DNA of 64,000 nt from Ptychomitrium polyphyllum (Eukaryota), in the NCBI GenBank assembly GCA_973851085.1, contig OZ316775.1:11532001-11596000 (forward strand), in the 5' to 3' direction. Under the pieces are notes generated by a model. That model made no database searches and had not been told where the DNA came from. It saw nothing but the letters and a program-made list of their open reading frames with translations. Of this stretch, positions 1-13,969 are shown in pieces; position 1 is the stretch's first letter; each line of letters begins with the position of its first letter. A program made the translations under genes and the position numbers.

Positions 1-227
1 GCTCCCTAGTACTAAAATTCAGCGGCATAGTGATCCTAATTTAAATAATTTGTTTCAAAACGCCAACTTTAATGTTCAGAAAATACATTCTAATTAAAAT
101 TCTTAAGCAGGGAATATCCTAAAATTTCCCACTTTTGGCTGCTGAAGTGGCAAATCCAAAGGTATTACTTTGAAACTGAATAATAGACAATGAACTCAAC
201 ATTACTGAAAGTGAAAATACAACTAAC

Positions 228-3200
228 CATTCTACAATTGAGGGATGCAAGACAGAAGCCTCCAACTGGTTAGTTAGCTCGTCATAGAAGTAAGCACGAG
301 CAACAGGTGATGTTTTGCACGCATCCATATTCATTTGCAAAAGCGCCACTGCTTCTTTGAGGCTGGATTCCTTTTGAACAAAAGATGAAGAACCCGGTGA
401 CTGAGCAGCAGGCCTTCCAGTAATACAATACAAGATCCACAAACAGGGTATATACATACATCGAACATACCTTTATTGCAACACCGTAATGTAATATTCA
501 CTATTCAAATCATTTCAAAGTACAATCAAACCTTTCCCAGTCAATTCATTCAATTATCAATAAGACAAAATATTAAGTTCCAAAAGACTATTTCCAAGCT
601 GGTTACCACTATATGGATGATCAGTAAAACTAACCTCAGCAAGAATTCCTTCTCCAGCAATCTCATCTTCCTCTGTCATTTTCCGCCCCAGGCAATTAAC
701 AAGACTCATTACTCCAATAATTCCCATTCGCTTGTATTTTAAATCTGGATTTGAAATCTAATCATAAGAATGAGAATTCAAAGTTCAGTATGGTCCAACA
801 AACAACAGAACATAGACACTGAAAAGTTGCTGAAAACAAGTTACTAAAATGGAAGATAATCACCTACTCTCCAAGACAAATCTGTCGCTTGATCATGTAC
901 AACAACAACTGGCCTTTTTGATGCACTTTTAAACCGCTTAGATAATCATGAATTGTAGTCTCAACACTCATCACGCTCAATTAGCACGCATGTCATTACC
1001 AGATACTGCATTTTAAGATAGTCAAAGATTGAAGGTACCATAAAAGACAAGGCTGAACAGCCTTTGATATTCTTACAACAGCTCATTCTCACCTCTTTTC
1101 AAAGAAACCACATAACAATATCAATTGCCTAGCATACCAGCCTTACACGTGCAGAATAATATATTTTTCTAAATAAACTTCGATCTCAAACAGTGTGACT
1201 TTCATTGTATGGAACCAAGAGATCATCCCAAAAGCGTTCATACTTCGAGAAACAAAGACGCCCAAAAGTATCATCTGACCTGCTTGCGCACTATTATAAG
1301 TAAATCATCTGAAACAGAAACACCACTTGAAGCTCCCCCGCGCCCTCGAGCAGCCATTGCAATACGGCAAAATATTCTGTACACCTGCAAAAAGACGTTA
1401 CAAAAACTGCTTTAGTTACACTTTTGGTATAGAAGGAAATAAGAGCGTGTTGGCAAGATCGAGGGGGCGCTTCGCACTTGCATGCAGCAAGAATGAAGGT
1501 GGAGGATAGAGGTTTAAAAGTAAACCCTACTTCCATGAAAAACATGGATGGCTCTAGAATAGTATCAAGTGCAACCATGTAAGTGTCAGAAACATATTTA
1601 AAATTTGTATGACCTGGTGCAGATGTGTGTCCTGAAAACCTTCCAAATAATCAAGTATACCTGCATTTGTACATGCCATTAAAATAAGTTTGTTAGTGAG
1701 TGGCATCCGCAAATCAATCAATATTCGCAGTGACTCAAATAGTAACTTAGCCTTCAACCCATTTAATATTGATACACCCACCATAAAATTGTGCTCACCA
1801 TTCAAGAAAGTCGTCATTGGCAGCAGCTCCTGAGGTTTCCTTTTCGTGATCATCCATAAAGTATCTAGAGCAGCCCCAATCTCTGAAGAAATACCAGACC
1901 CAATATGCGTGATAAGTGATCCCAAAACCTGCAAAATCCTCAAAAAGTGTCAATGATTAATCTAATCTCTAAGGACAACTAGAATCCGAAAAAAACACAC
2001 ATCAGACTCAGTATCCCAAATATATTACTGGTGATATGACCAATTACAGGGAATAATTCTGCAGAAAAATCTGAAAAGCGTATTGGATTTGTAACATGAG
2101 GTCCAAGGATGTAAATACCATGCCAAAAGATTGCATTGCGAAGACTTATCTCTAAACTAATAATAGCTCACATATATCTCAGAACCTCACATTAGATCCC
2201 ACCAGTATGAAATGCATGTGTACATCAGAAAGTGCATTGAAGATGATATTAAATGATAGGGAGCAAACCTCTCGCCTGAAAAAATCACCAACAAATTCTT
2301 CAAACAGAAGTATGTACACCTGGGTGCCAAATTCATGTGTAGCCAACTCGGTATTTCTTAAAAAACTTTCAGCAACCGATAGCAAAGTTTTGAAGTAATC
2401 CTACATCCAAAAGCGGTATCAGGAAACAGCTAAACGCCAGACTTAACAGCAGTAATTGAAGTCGAAAAATTGTTTGACTCTGACATAAGCGACAGGTAAA
2501 AATACTGTATTCATTTCACCTCAAAAACAGCATCTTTAAAATCACAAGGCTATTGTCTGAAACTAAACCTGAAGAGACTCTCCTCGCCCATGCATACACA
2601 ACCTGATCAGAGATGGTGTAATTTCATTCTGTAGTACTTTTCGCTTCAATAAGGACTCAGCCACCTTGCGGTGTGGGGTTCCATTAGCATGAATGATAAA
2701 CAACAACCAGATGTCTACTACTTTATGATTTTTAACTCCTTCAAGACTTCGGATCTCCTTGAGAACTGCATCACATGCGATCTGCATTCAGACGAAAAAA
2801 AACATGATAACGTTGAGGATCAATGAGTTTTAGAAGAATATAACTCGCAGGCATTCAAAACTGGTTCGAAAACAGGGCGTTGTAGATGTATATAATTTCC
2901 ATAGAAGCTTAAACATTTTTACAAAATACAGAGCTCAACTATTATTTTCATGAACGTCCCTACTAAAGCTTAGGAGGGCAAGGGATGGTTGCAACGAGAA
3001 CTAGAGTAATTAACATACTATAGACTCAGAGAGGCAGACAAAACCATTATACACATGTTTCAACAGAACAGATTAAAGATATTATAAGATAATCTAACTG
3101 AATCTTTCATGGCTCAACATGATGTAATATGGCTTACATTTTGCAGGCGAAGCCCTGACCGAATGGCCTCCAGAATCAGTGCTTCATAATTCGGAGCATT

Positions 3201-5542
3201 CACTAAACCCTTCTGTTTCCGATCAGGCCTGGATGACCGTACATCAGAAATTGTAACAAATTGAAGATGTTCACGCAGTTGCTGAATAATCAACTTGATA
3301 TTTGTACTTGTTACAGATTGAAGCAAAAACTTTATGACAAGCGGTAAGTCTTCAGCATCGGCCGTTCTTAAGGTAGACACGGCAACGTTGACAACCTACA
3401 TGCAAAGAACTATTAATAAATTGAAAATTTAAACTGCAAAACAGATAACAATCCCCCGTCCAAGGTAAATGGAGCTAAAATGGTCGTACTCAAGTCTTAG
3501 AACAGAAAAACGTTTGATATATAAAAAGTTAAGTATTTAGCATCTCGAAATGAGATTCTTCAAATGTTAAACACGAAGAAGAACAAGATCTTCACAGAAA
3601 GAATATCTGGCCCGCCCACAACACAGATTTAGATATATAAAGAAGCTTTTACAGAACATTTTTAAGAAATTCACCTGATCAAAATGTTCCGGTTCAAGAT
3701 TCATATTCGAAAAAGCATCCAACGCTGGAACTACGAGCTGCAAATCTTCCTGCACGAAAGAGTTTCCAAGTTTGATAACATGGTCACCAACTTTTTTACT
3801 ATGACTGAAATAAGCATTCTTGGAGTAAATTTAACCAAGTGTAAGAGAGTTCCACACCCCATAGCAGCTCGCATCACCGAAATACATATACAGAGAAGGC
3901 AATCGCTGCTTATGTCCACAACTAAGTCACTCACCAAGACCAATTCAAAAGTATGAATACCATATTCCTGTCTTGTTATTTGGAGGAATTTAGCATATTT
4001 CTTGTTCTATCCTCCTAGATGCTTGAAAGTTTTACAAGAAGTAGGTTTCTTGCTCCGCAATTGAGCTGAGAAGTGCACATGCGAGTTTTGAAATATTTCT
4101 AAAGACATAATTACCTGTAACATTTGCTTCAATGCCTGCATCACCATCTCATGATCTGCATCCACAATAACCTCTGGAAGAAAAGATATAATCTCCTTTT
4201 TCAATGCAAGTGGGCATATCGTCAAGATCTCCAAGAGTTTTTCCGTAAGACTCTTGCTATCAACAAGGAAGTTGAGCCACCGGAATTGGCTTAAAATGAG
4301 CCTGCAGGCAAATTCATGATTATAAAGGATGTTGTTGAGTTACAATATTGTTTGCCAACGGAATAGAAAAGCACAAAAGTATATGATCCAAACTCTGTTG
4401 GAACGGCCAATATATCTGCAGCTAAACAAAGCATCAAAGAGAAACAATCTAGAGAATGGGCTAATTAACCAATGACTAGGTTAATGGCTTTGATTAACGC
4501 ATTACCACCAATCTAACACTCAAGAGAAATACTTTGACCCATTGCATGCACCGTTTGCAACATCTGCAAATCAGAGATACTCAAGTCTTAAATCTCAACA
4601 ACTCGTTATGCCCGGATGAAATACATGATTCGTGCAAACTGATGATGTACCTATGAATTCATAAACTAAGGATAGTGCAACCACTAGTAGGTGCCTGCTT
4701 GATATGAAGGAGTCCTGATGATACCTTGGTATGCTGTCCATGAGAGCAGGGAGAGTACTGCTAGAACTACTTTCATCTCCCATGTGCTCTGGAAGTTTCT
4801 CCAGCAAGATGTTGGCCACTGCCGTCTGTATCGGGCTAACAGTCAGCAAGATTCGAGCAAGGCTAATACCAGATCGCGACTCAGCACCATTATTAATTTT
4901 TGTCATCGGCATTAACACCCTGCACCAATTCGTACAACACATGCATATCAACTCTAGAAAAAGCACTTAGACCGTTGCAATCAGATATGGAAGATAAAAA
5001 ACCGTCATGATATACGTATCAAGATGTCAGCAGAAAATTCCGGTAAGAAAAATTCCAACCCAGGGTAAAGAGTTTAGAAACTCAATACAAATTGAGAACC
5101 GCTAGTTCATAAATTTCCAGCTGGTTATTATGCTCCTAATGCTCACTAGCTCCCAAGGCCAAGGAAACTTCACTAACAATTTTGAAAAATTGCTCATACC
5201 ATACAATAATCTGCTTTCAAAACTGAAAGATGTATAAGATAAAGATGGAGACGTGATCAACCTATGCAAATTCTCTCCCTTCTCGATATGCGATAAAAAG
5301 CCAGCTAGAAAAGGTCCAACAATCGATGAGTCTCTGGTCAATCGAAGCTCGAGACGTTGCTGGAGCTCACGGGACAACAGAATCGGTCCATTCGGTGACA
5401 ATCTGCAGCCAGCTTCTGAAATTGTTTTCTCAAACACGTCGCCTTCTTGACTCTGATTCACGCGTCTGCGGAGCACAGATTGCGTGTCCTGCTGCTCATT
5501 CGCGTCTCCAGAAGGCGGCGGCCTCTTCCTCGATGGCGACAT
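228..5542 (-). CDS. FANCD2: Fanconi anemia group D2 protein homolog, multi-exon; N-terminal part only, gene continues past window position 1
   Basis: ATG at 5542 (MSPSRKRPP). Spliced exons give SLARILLTVSPIQTAVANILLEKLPEH, LILSQFRWLNFLVD, LKKEIISFLPEVI, AEDLPLVIKFLLQS and DDLLIIVRKQ|ISNPDLKYKRMGIIG. The last matches the FANCD2 monoubiquitination region (Lys codon at 1283-1285). Confidence 0.93.
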
Positions 5543-5831
5543 TTTGGAGTAAATCAAATTGATCAAATCACATAATCCATGTCCACAACGTCCTCTCCGA
5601 ACGCAAAAAAACAACAACGAGAACCAGTGAGAGGCAACAAACAGCCGCTGCGAAGAGAGACTGACTACTTAGGTCAGGCAACAAACAGCCGCCACCATAT
5701 CAACATCAAAATCAAGACATCCACAGAGCTTTCATCCTCTCAACCATTCTCCCGCTGAAACAACCTTCCCTGCGCAGAAAATCCACAGCCAATGAGTAAT
5801 TCACCAAACTCCATCATCGACAGCTGCGCAA

Positions 5832-5928
5832 GTAAACAAAAAATATAAATATAAACAAAAAATATATATATAAACAAAAAATATAAATATAAACAAAAAA
5901 TAAAAAATAAAAGATAAAAGATAAAGAA
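5832..5928. repeat. A-rich low-complexity tandem repeat (AAATATAAATATAAACAAAA-like) upstream of the FANCD2 ATG, probably in a 5' UTR intron
   Basis: About three imperfect copies are visible. A GTAAGT donor on the minus strand near 6203 suggests a 5' UTR intron. Confidence 0.6.
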
Positions 5929-7336
5929 AACCGAAACGCTACTCATCAAAAGATCAACCACTCCACGGAGCACATTCTATCACCTTCCATACGAAAACCA
6001 AAACTCTAGGTAATCGCCATCACATTGAATGCAGACTCTCACACTAAAACCAGCCTGGACGGGAAAAATACTGCACACACAATCGTCCAAGATGTTTTGA
6101 ACCGCGTGTAAAATGAATGAACGATGAAGCAACAAAACGTCTTTCAGTCAAAGCTAAGTAACAGACAGGAAAACAGGTGGAAGCTCACGAAACAGCCACT
6201 TACAGTCCGCGCGGAGAAGTGAGAGCGGCGCCAGAGCTCCAAATGAGAGAGAGCGTGTTAAAGAAGCCATTCCGCAGTAGCTATTGCCTCTGTGTTTGGT
6301 TTCCCTCCAAGAGAGACGATAGCGCCGTGGTTGGTATCCGGGTCCCCGGATATCACCTCCCGGGTATACTGTCTGCTATCGGAATCGTCGCGGGTATCGG
6401 GTGATTCGAACACATGTGCCGTTCATGATAATCTTTGCCGTTTGAGTTCAGAGAACTCGTCGAAACGTTCAAGTGCTTCTAGAAGTTTGAAGGAGTTTGT
6501 GTGCCAAATCATTACAATAGAATCATGTATTCATTGCTACATGTCCTCTTCTGTCATTTACTGTTAATTTTCCACTTTGTGAGGTGAGGTAAATTGCTTC
6601 AGGAGAATATTACAGGAATTTTTTATTATGTGAATGATAAAAAATTTGCTTCTATCTTGCGTACCATCCATATATCATGTAACTATCATTTGGATATCAA
6701 TACAGTATTGTAGGATATCATCCGAGTGTTAGTTTTGATATTGAGACATGAGCATATTTATTCTTCAAAGTTTAATATGAATGGAAAAGAACTCGATAAA
6801 AGAGAAGTTTCGCAACAACCTTCAAATGACTCCTCTGGACACTTCCTTGTAAATAGATGATTTCATCATCTAAAAGTATTTGTTTGTCAAAACTGTGTTC
6901 TCCTGAAAAGTAAGGTCTTCTAAATTTTCCATAGATATTCTTGGAACATTTTCCTATTTGAGACGTCTGATGAGGTGAAGAATGTTATGTTATTGGATTG
7001 TAGCCCAGCGTTCTCGGCATCTACTGTTTTCGATGGATATATATCAGAAACTTCTGTAATATTGGCGTGTTACTGTTACAATACCATGATGATAACCTTG
7101 CGGGTATCTAAGGGATGACTACTTTGTGAGGCAGCGGAGGCGCTCTTGCGAGCTCGTCCGTTACCATCGCCATTCTTGTTGCTGCTCGGGGTCGAGTGTG
7201 TGAGCGAGGAGCTGCGGCACCACCACTAGACCACGGCACTGCCGTTTTGTCCGAGCTCCACATGGCTTCAGCTTGTGGTCGTTTCGTGCTCGCGCTGTAG
7301 TCGGTTCTGAATCGTCTCCTGGTGCGCTTTTCCGAG

Positions 7337-7377
7337 GGTTGAGGTTGAGGTTGAGGTTGAGGTTGAGGTTGAGGTTG
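7337..7377 (+). repeat. (GGTTGA)n microsatellite, ~7 units, in the CUL4 leader region
   Basis: Directly visible perfect hexamer repeat. Confidence 0.95.
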
Positions 7378-7734
7378 CAGTCAGCTTTGTGTAATTGCGT
7401 CGGCAATTTGCGAGGACGACGAGGCGGGCGGGTAAGGGAGGGGAAGAGATTTCGTGGCAAAGAGCAAGGGTTTGGCGATGGTGTGGTGTTGGTGAGAGTC
7501 GGGGTGATGGTGCTGGAGGTGAAGTTTTTTGTAGCGTTGGAGGTGCTTAGGTTTTGGTGTTGGCTTGGTGAGTAGGGAGCGAGTGGGAGAATTCAGTGAC
7601 GCCGGCGGATTGGAGGACGGGAGGAGGCGATACGAGGGAGTTTGGCGGCGCGGGGCCCTTAGAGAGTCGGGCGGGGCCCTTAGTTGCCCTTAGGTTTGGG
7701 GCGGTCGGGTAGAGGAAGCAGTAGAGAAAATTTG

Positions 7735-10700
7735 ATGTCGCAGAAACGAAGGTTGAGCAGCAGCAGCGGAGGAAGCGGTGGCATCTCGCCCAGTATGATA
7801 TCGGCTACGAAGAAACCTAATAATCAGCAGCAGACGTTGTTACTTGACCAGTTTGAGAAGAATGGGAAGGCAGGGATGGTCGTGGACGAGAGTAACATGG
7901 ACATGATGTTTATGGATGGCCTGGAGGATCATCTCGCGTCTACGGGATCATATCCTGCGGGGCCGGCGTCGGCGATGACATTGAGCAACAGTCCTGTGGT
8001 TGGGATGACAGCAAACTTATCACGGAAGAAGGCCACTCCACCGCAGCCTACGAAGAAGTTGGTTATCAAGCCCTTTAAAGGTTCGTGCGCTTGTGAGCTG
8101 ATCTCACTAGGGCTGGACTCACGAGATTTGTAGCTTTCTCGTTTTATCCCGTTATCAACGAGAATTACAGCGCACAATCTGGACCTTGCTTGCCAGGAAT
8201 TGGATTTCATTAACTCTTGTTGGAATACTGTTGAAATATTGCTGGAACTTCTTACAGGTACGTAGCTGTGCACTGTATTTTGTGGCATGAGCTACCGAGG
8301 TCATGCATGTTTATTCTAAACAATCAGCAATTTCTTAGAATTGTCGATTGAAGATAATCTTTCCGATATGTGTTTTCGGTTAGGACGCGTTGGCGGAATC
8401 TTTAATTGGCATTTTTCACTGCGTCCCTTTCTAGTGCTATCAGAGATTGAGCATTAAACTTTGATTCAGATATTGAAACTTATTACGTAGCTCAGAAACG
8501 TCTTTGGTTTAGTTTAGGAACGGATTTGGATTGACATTCGAATGCGGTGGGTAGTTCAGAAATCTCGTTTTAGGAGGTGTTTTTGCCAAGAAGTTCTGAA
8601 TTAGGGTTATGGAACATCCTTGACTTTAACTCTACGACATTGAACTTCAAAGAATTGATTCTCATCAGTCTGTGCAGGGGTACTGTAGTTCTTCTGCTCT
8701 TTCACAGTGGTCGTACGATGATTCTTGAGCTGGATCTGTTGGAGCGATCCTTTGGCATGCTTTCTTATTTTCGCTTGTTGCATTGCTCCTTTGAATGTAT
8801 CTGTATCGTTCACTCTGCAATGTTAACATGTGATATGTGAAGTTTAAAGGAGCGTGAAAGAATGTATTTGTTTCGATTTTACGAGTTTCTGATGATTATC
8901 TTGGCTATCTGTGCAGAGAAACCAAAGCTTCCTGACAATTTTGAAGAGGCAACATGGGCCAAGATCAAGGGAGCTGTAACTGCGATTCACCTAAGGCAAC
9001 CAGTGAGCTGCAGTTTGGAGGAGTTATACCGGGTATGAATTATTTTTCAAAGTGTAATGGTTCATGTGATAGCTTTGACCATATCTAGTTAGTAAGTGGT
9101 TACAGTTTTTATTGTTGTAAGAAACTAAGAGGTGATCATTGTTCATAAAACTGTTCAATGCAAGAATGTTGTCCTGCTCAAATCCGTGCACTTTTATTTG
9201 AGCACCGTTTAAGAGTTGCCTCACAATCATGCTATTTTCTCATTATTTTCTCGTCTTAGTACAGTTATTAGATCGCTTCTTTAAAATAATATGGCTTAGG
9301 TTACCTTACCCTGATAATCTTTGAAGTTAGGATTGGATGCTGCTCGTGTATTGTTGAACCTTTTGAGTAACATGAACCTTGGTTTGTTTGCATCTGTATT
9401 CTATTACAGGCTGTGGAGGATCTCTGCATTCACAAGATGGCAGGAAATTTGTACAGAAGATTGCAGCAGGAGTGTAATAATCACATCTCGGTGAAGCTGA
9501 GGGATCTTGTTGGGCGGAGTCCTGACGCTGTGGTATTCTTGTCTCATGTTGAAGGTTGCTGGCAAGATCATTGCGACCAAATGCTTGTTATCCGCAGCAT
9601 TGCACTTTATCTGGACCGAACCTATGTCATTCAGATTTCAGGTGTTCGATCATTATGGGATATGGGTTTGCAGCTTTTCCGTCATCACCTTTCCAAATGC
9701 CCAGAAGTCGGGTCTAAGACTGTTTCGGGTCTTCTGAGGCTTATCGAGAAAGAGAGGTGAGATTCTGTGGTGTATTTTAGTAAGCATGTTTGATGCATCA
9801 TATAAATTTAGGGAAGTCTATTTCTTGCTGTGAAAACCGTCGACATACTTTTTTTGTTTGAACTGGTTTAAAACATAAATTATCCTGACTACATAGTTGC
9901 TTGCTTGCAGGATGGGAGAGACTGTGGATCGAAGTTTACTGAAACACTTGCTGCGCATGTTCAGTGCTCTTGGTATATACTCTGAGAGTTTCGAAAGGCA
10001 GTTCCTAGATTGCACTGCTGACTTCTATGCAGCTGAAGGGACACGCTTTATGCAGCAAACAGATGTGCCTGATTACCTCAAACATGTTGAGGTGAGGATA
10101 CAAGATTTAGTAGATACAAGTTGAACGGTTGAGCTGAGTTGGCATATTGGTTCATTTCTAATTGTTCGCATTTGGGAGGATTTGTATAGAACTAGTTCAG
10201 CTTCTGAGGCTTTTCGTTTCATATGCAGAATCGATTACTTGAGGAAAATGAGCGATGCTTGGTCTATCTGGATGGAAATACACGGAAACTTTTGGTGGCT
10301 ACTGCTGAGAAACAACTTCTTAGCCGCCATACGGCTGCAATTCTGGACAAGGTGGATTAACAGGATATTACCCAAGTTCCATCATTTTTCGACCTTGAAA
10401 TATTATTAGCTATTATTTCCTTACTCTCTTTTCTCTATAAGTTGTAATATTAATGGGTTTTGTCGTGAAAGGGTGCTAACTGTGATTGGTGTGTCGGTGG
10501 TTGCAGGGATTTAGCATACTTATGGATGCAAATCGTGTGGCAGATCTCCAACGGATGTATGTGCTTTTTGCTCGAGTAAACGCTTTGGAGACCCTGAAGC
10601 AGGCTTTGAGCGTTTACATTAAGGCAACGGGCAACAGCACTGTGATGGATGAAGAGAAGGATAAGGACATGGTGCCTTGGCTTTTAGATTTGAAGACCCG

Positions 10701-13700
10701 CCTCGATGCTATCTGGGAAGAGAGCTTCTCTAAAAATGAAACATTTTGTAATACTTTGAAAGATGCATTTGAGCATCTGATCAATCTGCGACAGGTATAG
10801 ATAATTTGCAGTAGGACCTTGTTTTTGAACTGTTTACAGTCACCGTGCAGTGTTGTTTCCTTGTTTTTATATCGATAGTATTAATTGAAGTGTGGCTGAT
10901 TATTGTTGTGATGGTGTTCAGAACCGGCCTGCTGAGCTTATTGCCAAATTCATCGATGGAAAACTGCGTGCTGGGAACAAAGGGACATCAGAAGAGGAGC
11001 TTGAATGCACTCTTGATAAAGTGCTGGTGCTTTTTAGATACATTCAGGTGTGCCTTAGAGCTTTGTAGTGTAGGCGTTGGTATTATTATTCTTGTTACAC
11101 GAATCCGTATTTTTTATTTTGGATGAGCCTCTTTCGTGCTGCGTCTCATGAGAAAGCATTATCTGACGTAGATTCCGTATGCGTGCTCATTGAATTGTAT
11201 CATCCTTGATAGGTGATGTATAGGACTGTAGGTAATTATCTATTAGTGAGTAATAACGGGTTTTCATGTATGGCTTTTATGGTGAACTTCAGGGTAAAGA
11301 TGTGTTCGAAGCTTTCTACAAGAAAGATTTGGCTAAACGTTTGCTTCTAGGGAAGAGCGCTTCCATTGATGCCGAGAAATCTATGATATCAAAGGTATTG
11401 CATAGTTGGAAATTGCTAGTGTTTCTTAGCACAAAAATTTAGTTTATTGTTGAGCTATGTTTTTCGGTACTCTTATCTTTTGTAGTTTGAACCTTAGTGT
11501 GACCAGAGTGGATGTCTAGTTGCTGTCTCTCATTCACTGATTTTTCTCTGATGGCATCTTAGAGGCACAGGTAGACTATCTGGCCTCATTGGTATACTGT
11601 ATCTTAATTTCAACGTTCATTTGTTTTCAGCTCAAGACAGAGTGTGGCAGTCAATTCACGAATAAACTGGAAGGAATGTTCAAGGTACGGTCTTCTTTCT
11701 TCTTTGTCCATTGTAATCCTGGTCTACTTTACGTTATTGTAGTCTATATATGTAAAGTAGTTTCTTTTTGAGATTGTTAGTTATGTTACGGATTTTACGT
11801 CTGCACCTCTTTGTTGCGCACAGGGGGATGAATTTAATGCAATGTTTGAGTGGTCCTGTGTGGTCTTGGTGTGGATTTTGAACTGTGAAAGAAATATTGT
11901 GTTTTTGTTACTTACCAATTGATGCCCGCATTTCTTGCCTCTGCTTATGCAGGACATTGAGCTTTCACGCGAAATTAACGAGTCATTTAGGCAGTCTGCT
12001 CAGGCACGGCTGAAGCTCCCCTCGGGGATTGAGATGAACGTTCATGTTCTTACTACTGGGTAATATTTCTGACTGTTATACAAATCTACTGTTAGGATTC
12101 ACTGTTATTTCTTAGTATACATTTTTAATTGACATAGTAAACTCGTGTATTCTCATTTATACACTTCGTTGGTGTCAAGTGCATTTAGTGGTTTTCGGGT
12201 TGTAGTTTAAGTTTTATATGTTTTCTTATTCTGCATCTTATGTTGGTACCTTCTTTTATGGCGCAGTTATTGGCCTACATATCCACCGATGGAGGTGAGG
12301 CTACCACATGAGCTCAACGTATATCAGGATATTTTCAAGGAATTCTATCTGAGTAAGCACAGTGGGCGACGTTTGATGTGGCAAAACTCCCTGGGTTACT
12401 GTGTGCTGAGGTCTAACTTCCCGAAAGGAAAGAAGGAGCTTTCTGTTTCTCTTTTCCAAGTGAGTAATTGAATTCTTGTTTCCGTGCTAGTTTGAACTTT
12501 TATTTATTGTTGTAGACTTGATAATGTTTTTTTTTGTTTCTGTAATATGATTCGTTCTGCATGCTTTATCTAACGATACCTTCTTTTGGTTTTGTACAGA
12601 CTGTGGTGCTGATGCTTTTCAACGACGCTGAGTCGCTAACCTTCCAGGAAATTAAGGATGCATCTGCAATCGAAGATAAAGAACTCCGAAGAACTCTTCA
12701 GTCGCTGGCTTGTGGCAAAGTCCGTGTTTTAAATAAGGTATGAGGTGGATCTTAGCAAAATTTACTGTTCATTACAAAGATTAAGAGAGAGCTAGTTCTG
12801 TAATATATTCATGTTCAGATTACTACAGTAACTATGCATTGCTGCTGATGTGGGTAAGAAGTTGGGGACAACTTACTAAAATTTGCAACTAGTGGGCAAT
12901 CGACAGCTTGGGTGGATCTTAAGAGGGCCGTAAGATGGCATCCCATTAATGCATTGGAAATTGAAAATGTATTTCTAGTGTTTTCTGTGAACCAGTTGAA
13001 AGTCTCACTACATTTTAAATTGAGAATTGCGATGGACCACGCTAATCACGGTTTTGGTATAGACAACTTATACATTGAAATATTAGGATGACTAATTTTT
13101 GCTGCTTGGAAATTGGTTGCTTTTAGTATCTGATAATCAAGGGTTTATTCAAGGCTGAAATGGTGGCTGAGGTGTTTTGCTTGTTGTGAATGTAGCATCC
13201 AAAGGGCAGAGAAGTGGAAAACCAAGACACATTTCTCTTCAATGAAGACTTTGTTGCCCCACTGTTCCGGATTAAGGTATTTGCGTTACTTATTTTTAAA
13301 TTTTCAGTTTGTTTGCTTCCAAGCTATATCACTTTTGCACATTTGCCAAGCATTATAATAGGAGAATGGAGTCTTTTACTAATAATGTGCCTTGTATCAT
13401 ATCAGGTCAATGCAATACAGTTGAAGGAAACAGTTGAGGAAAATACGAGTACGACAGAGCGAGTGTTTCAGGATCGTCAATATCAAGTATGGATACACTG
13501 TCAAGAATAAAAGCACATCTTTTGTGGTTGTTTTTATTTTATGATAAGTTTAGAACATTTGCTTATGTAGTCTCGTGTATTTTTGTTGATCTTGTGGCCA
13601 TGTTGAGCATTTGATACAGATTGATGCTGCTATTGTACGGATCATGAAAACACGCAAAGTGTTAAGTCACACACTGTTAATAACTGAACTGTTTCAGCAG

Positions 13701-13969
13701 GTGAGTTTTCCTGATCTGGAAGTTCTCAAATTATTGGGTTAGCGTATGCAAGTGATTGATTATTTGTAACTTATTATCACAATTTTGAGATTTTTTTTGT
13801 TCCTAGAAACTGTTTTTGTCCTTGTAACTCTGATTCATAGTATTGCGATTTGCAGTTGAAGTTTCCAATCAAACCAGCAGATTTGAAGAAGAGAATCGAG
13901 AGTCTGATTGACCGGGAGTACCTTGAAAGGGACAAAGCCAATCCTCAGATATACAACTACCTGGCTTAG
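7735..13969 (+). CDS. CUL4: Cullin-4, multi-exon, apparently complete
   Basis: ATG 7735. Contains [82 protein letters not shown] and the neddylation domain [18 protein letters not shown]...[19 protein letters not shown] at 13967-13969. Confidence 0.97.

Noticed and set aside
7337..7377. (GGTTGA)n as interstitial telomere
   Set aside because: Does not match TTTAGGG or TTAGGG; a simple microsatellite.
7641..7648. E2F-like site TTTGGCGG
   Set aside because: Single short match in a GC-rich leader; could easily be chance.
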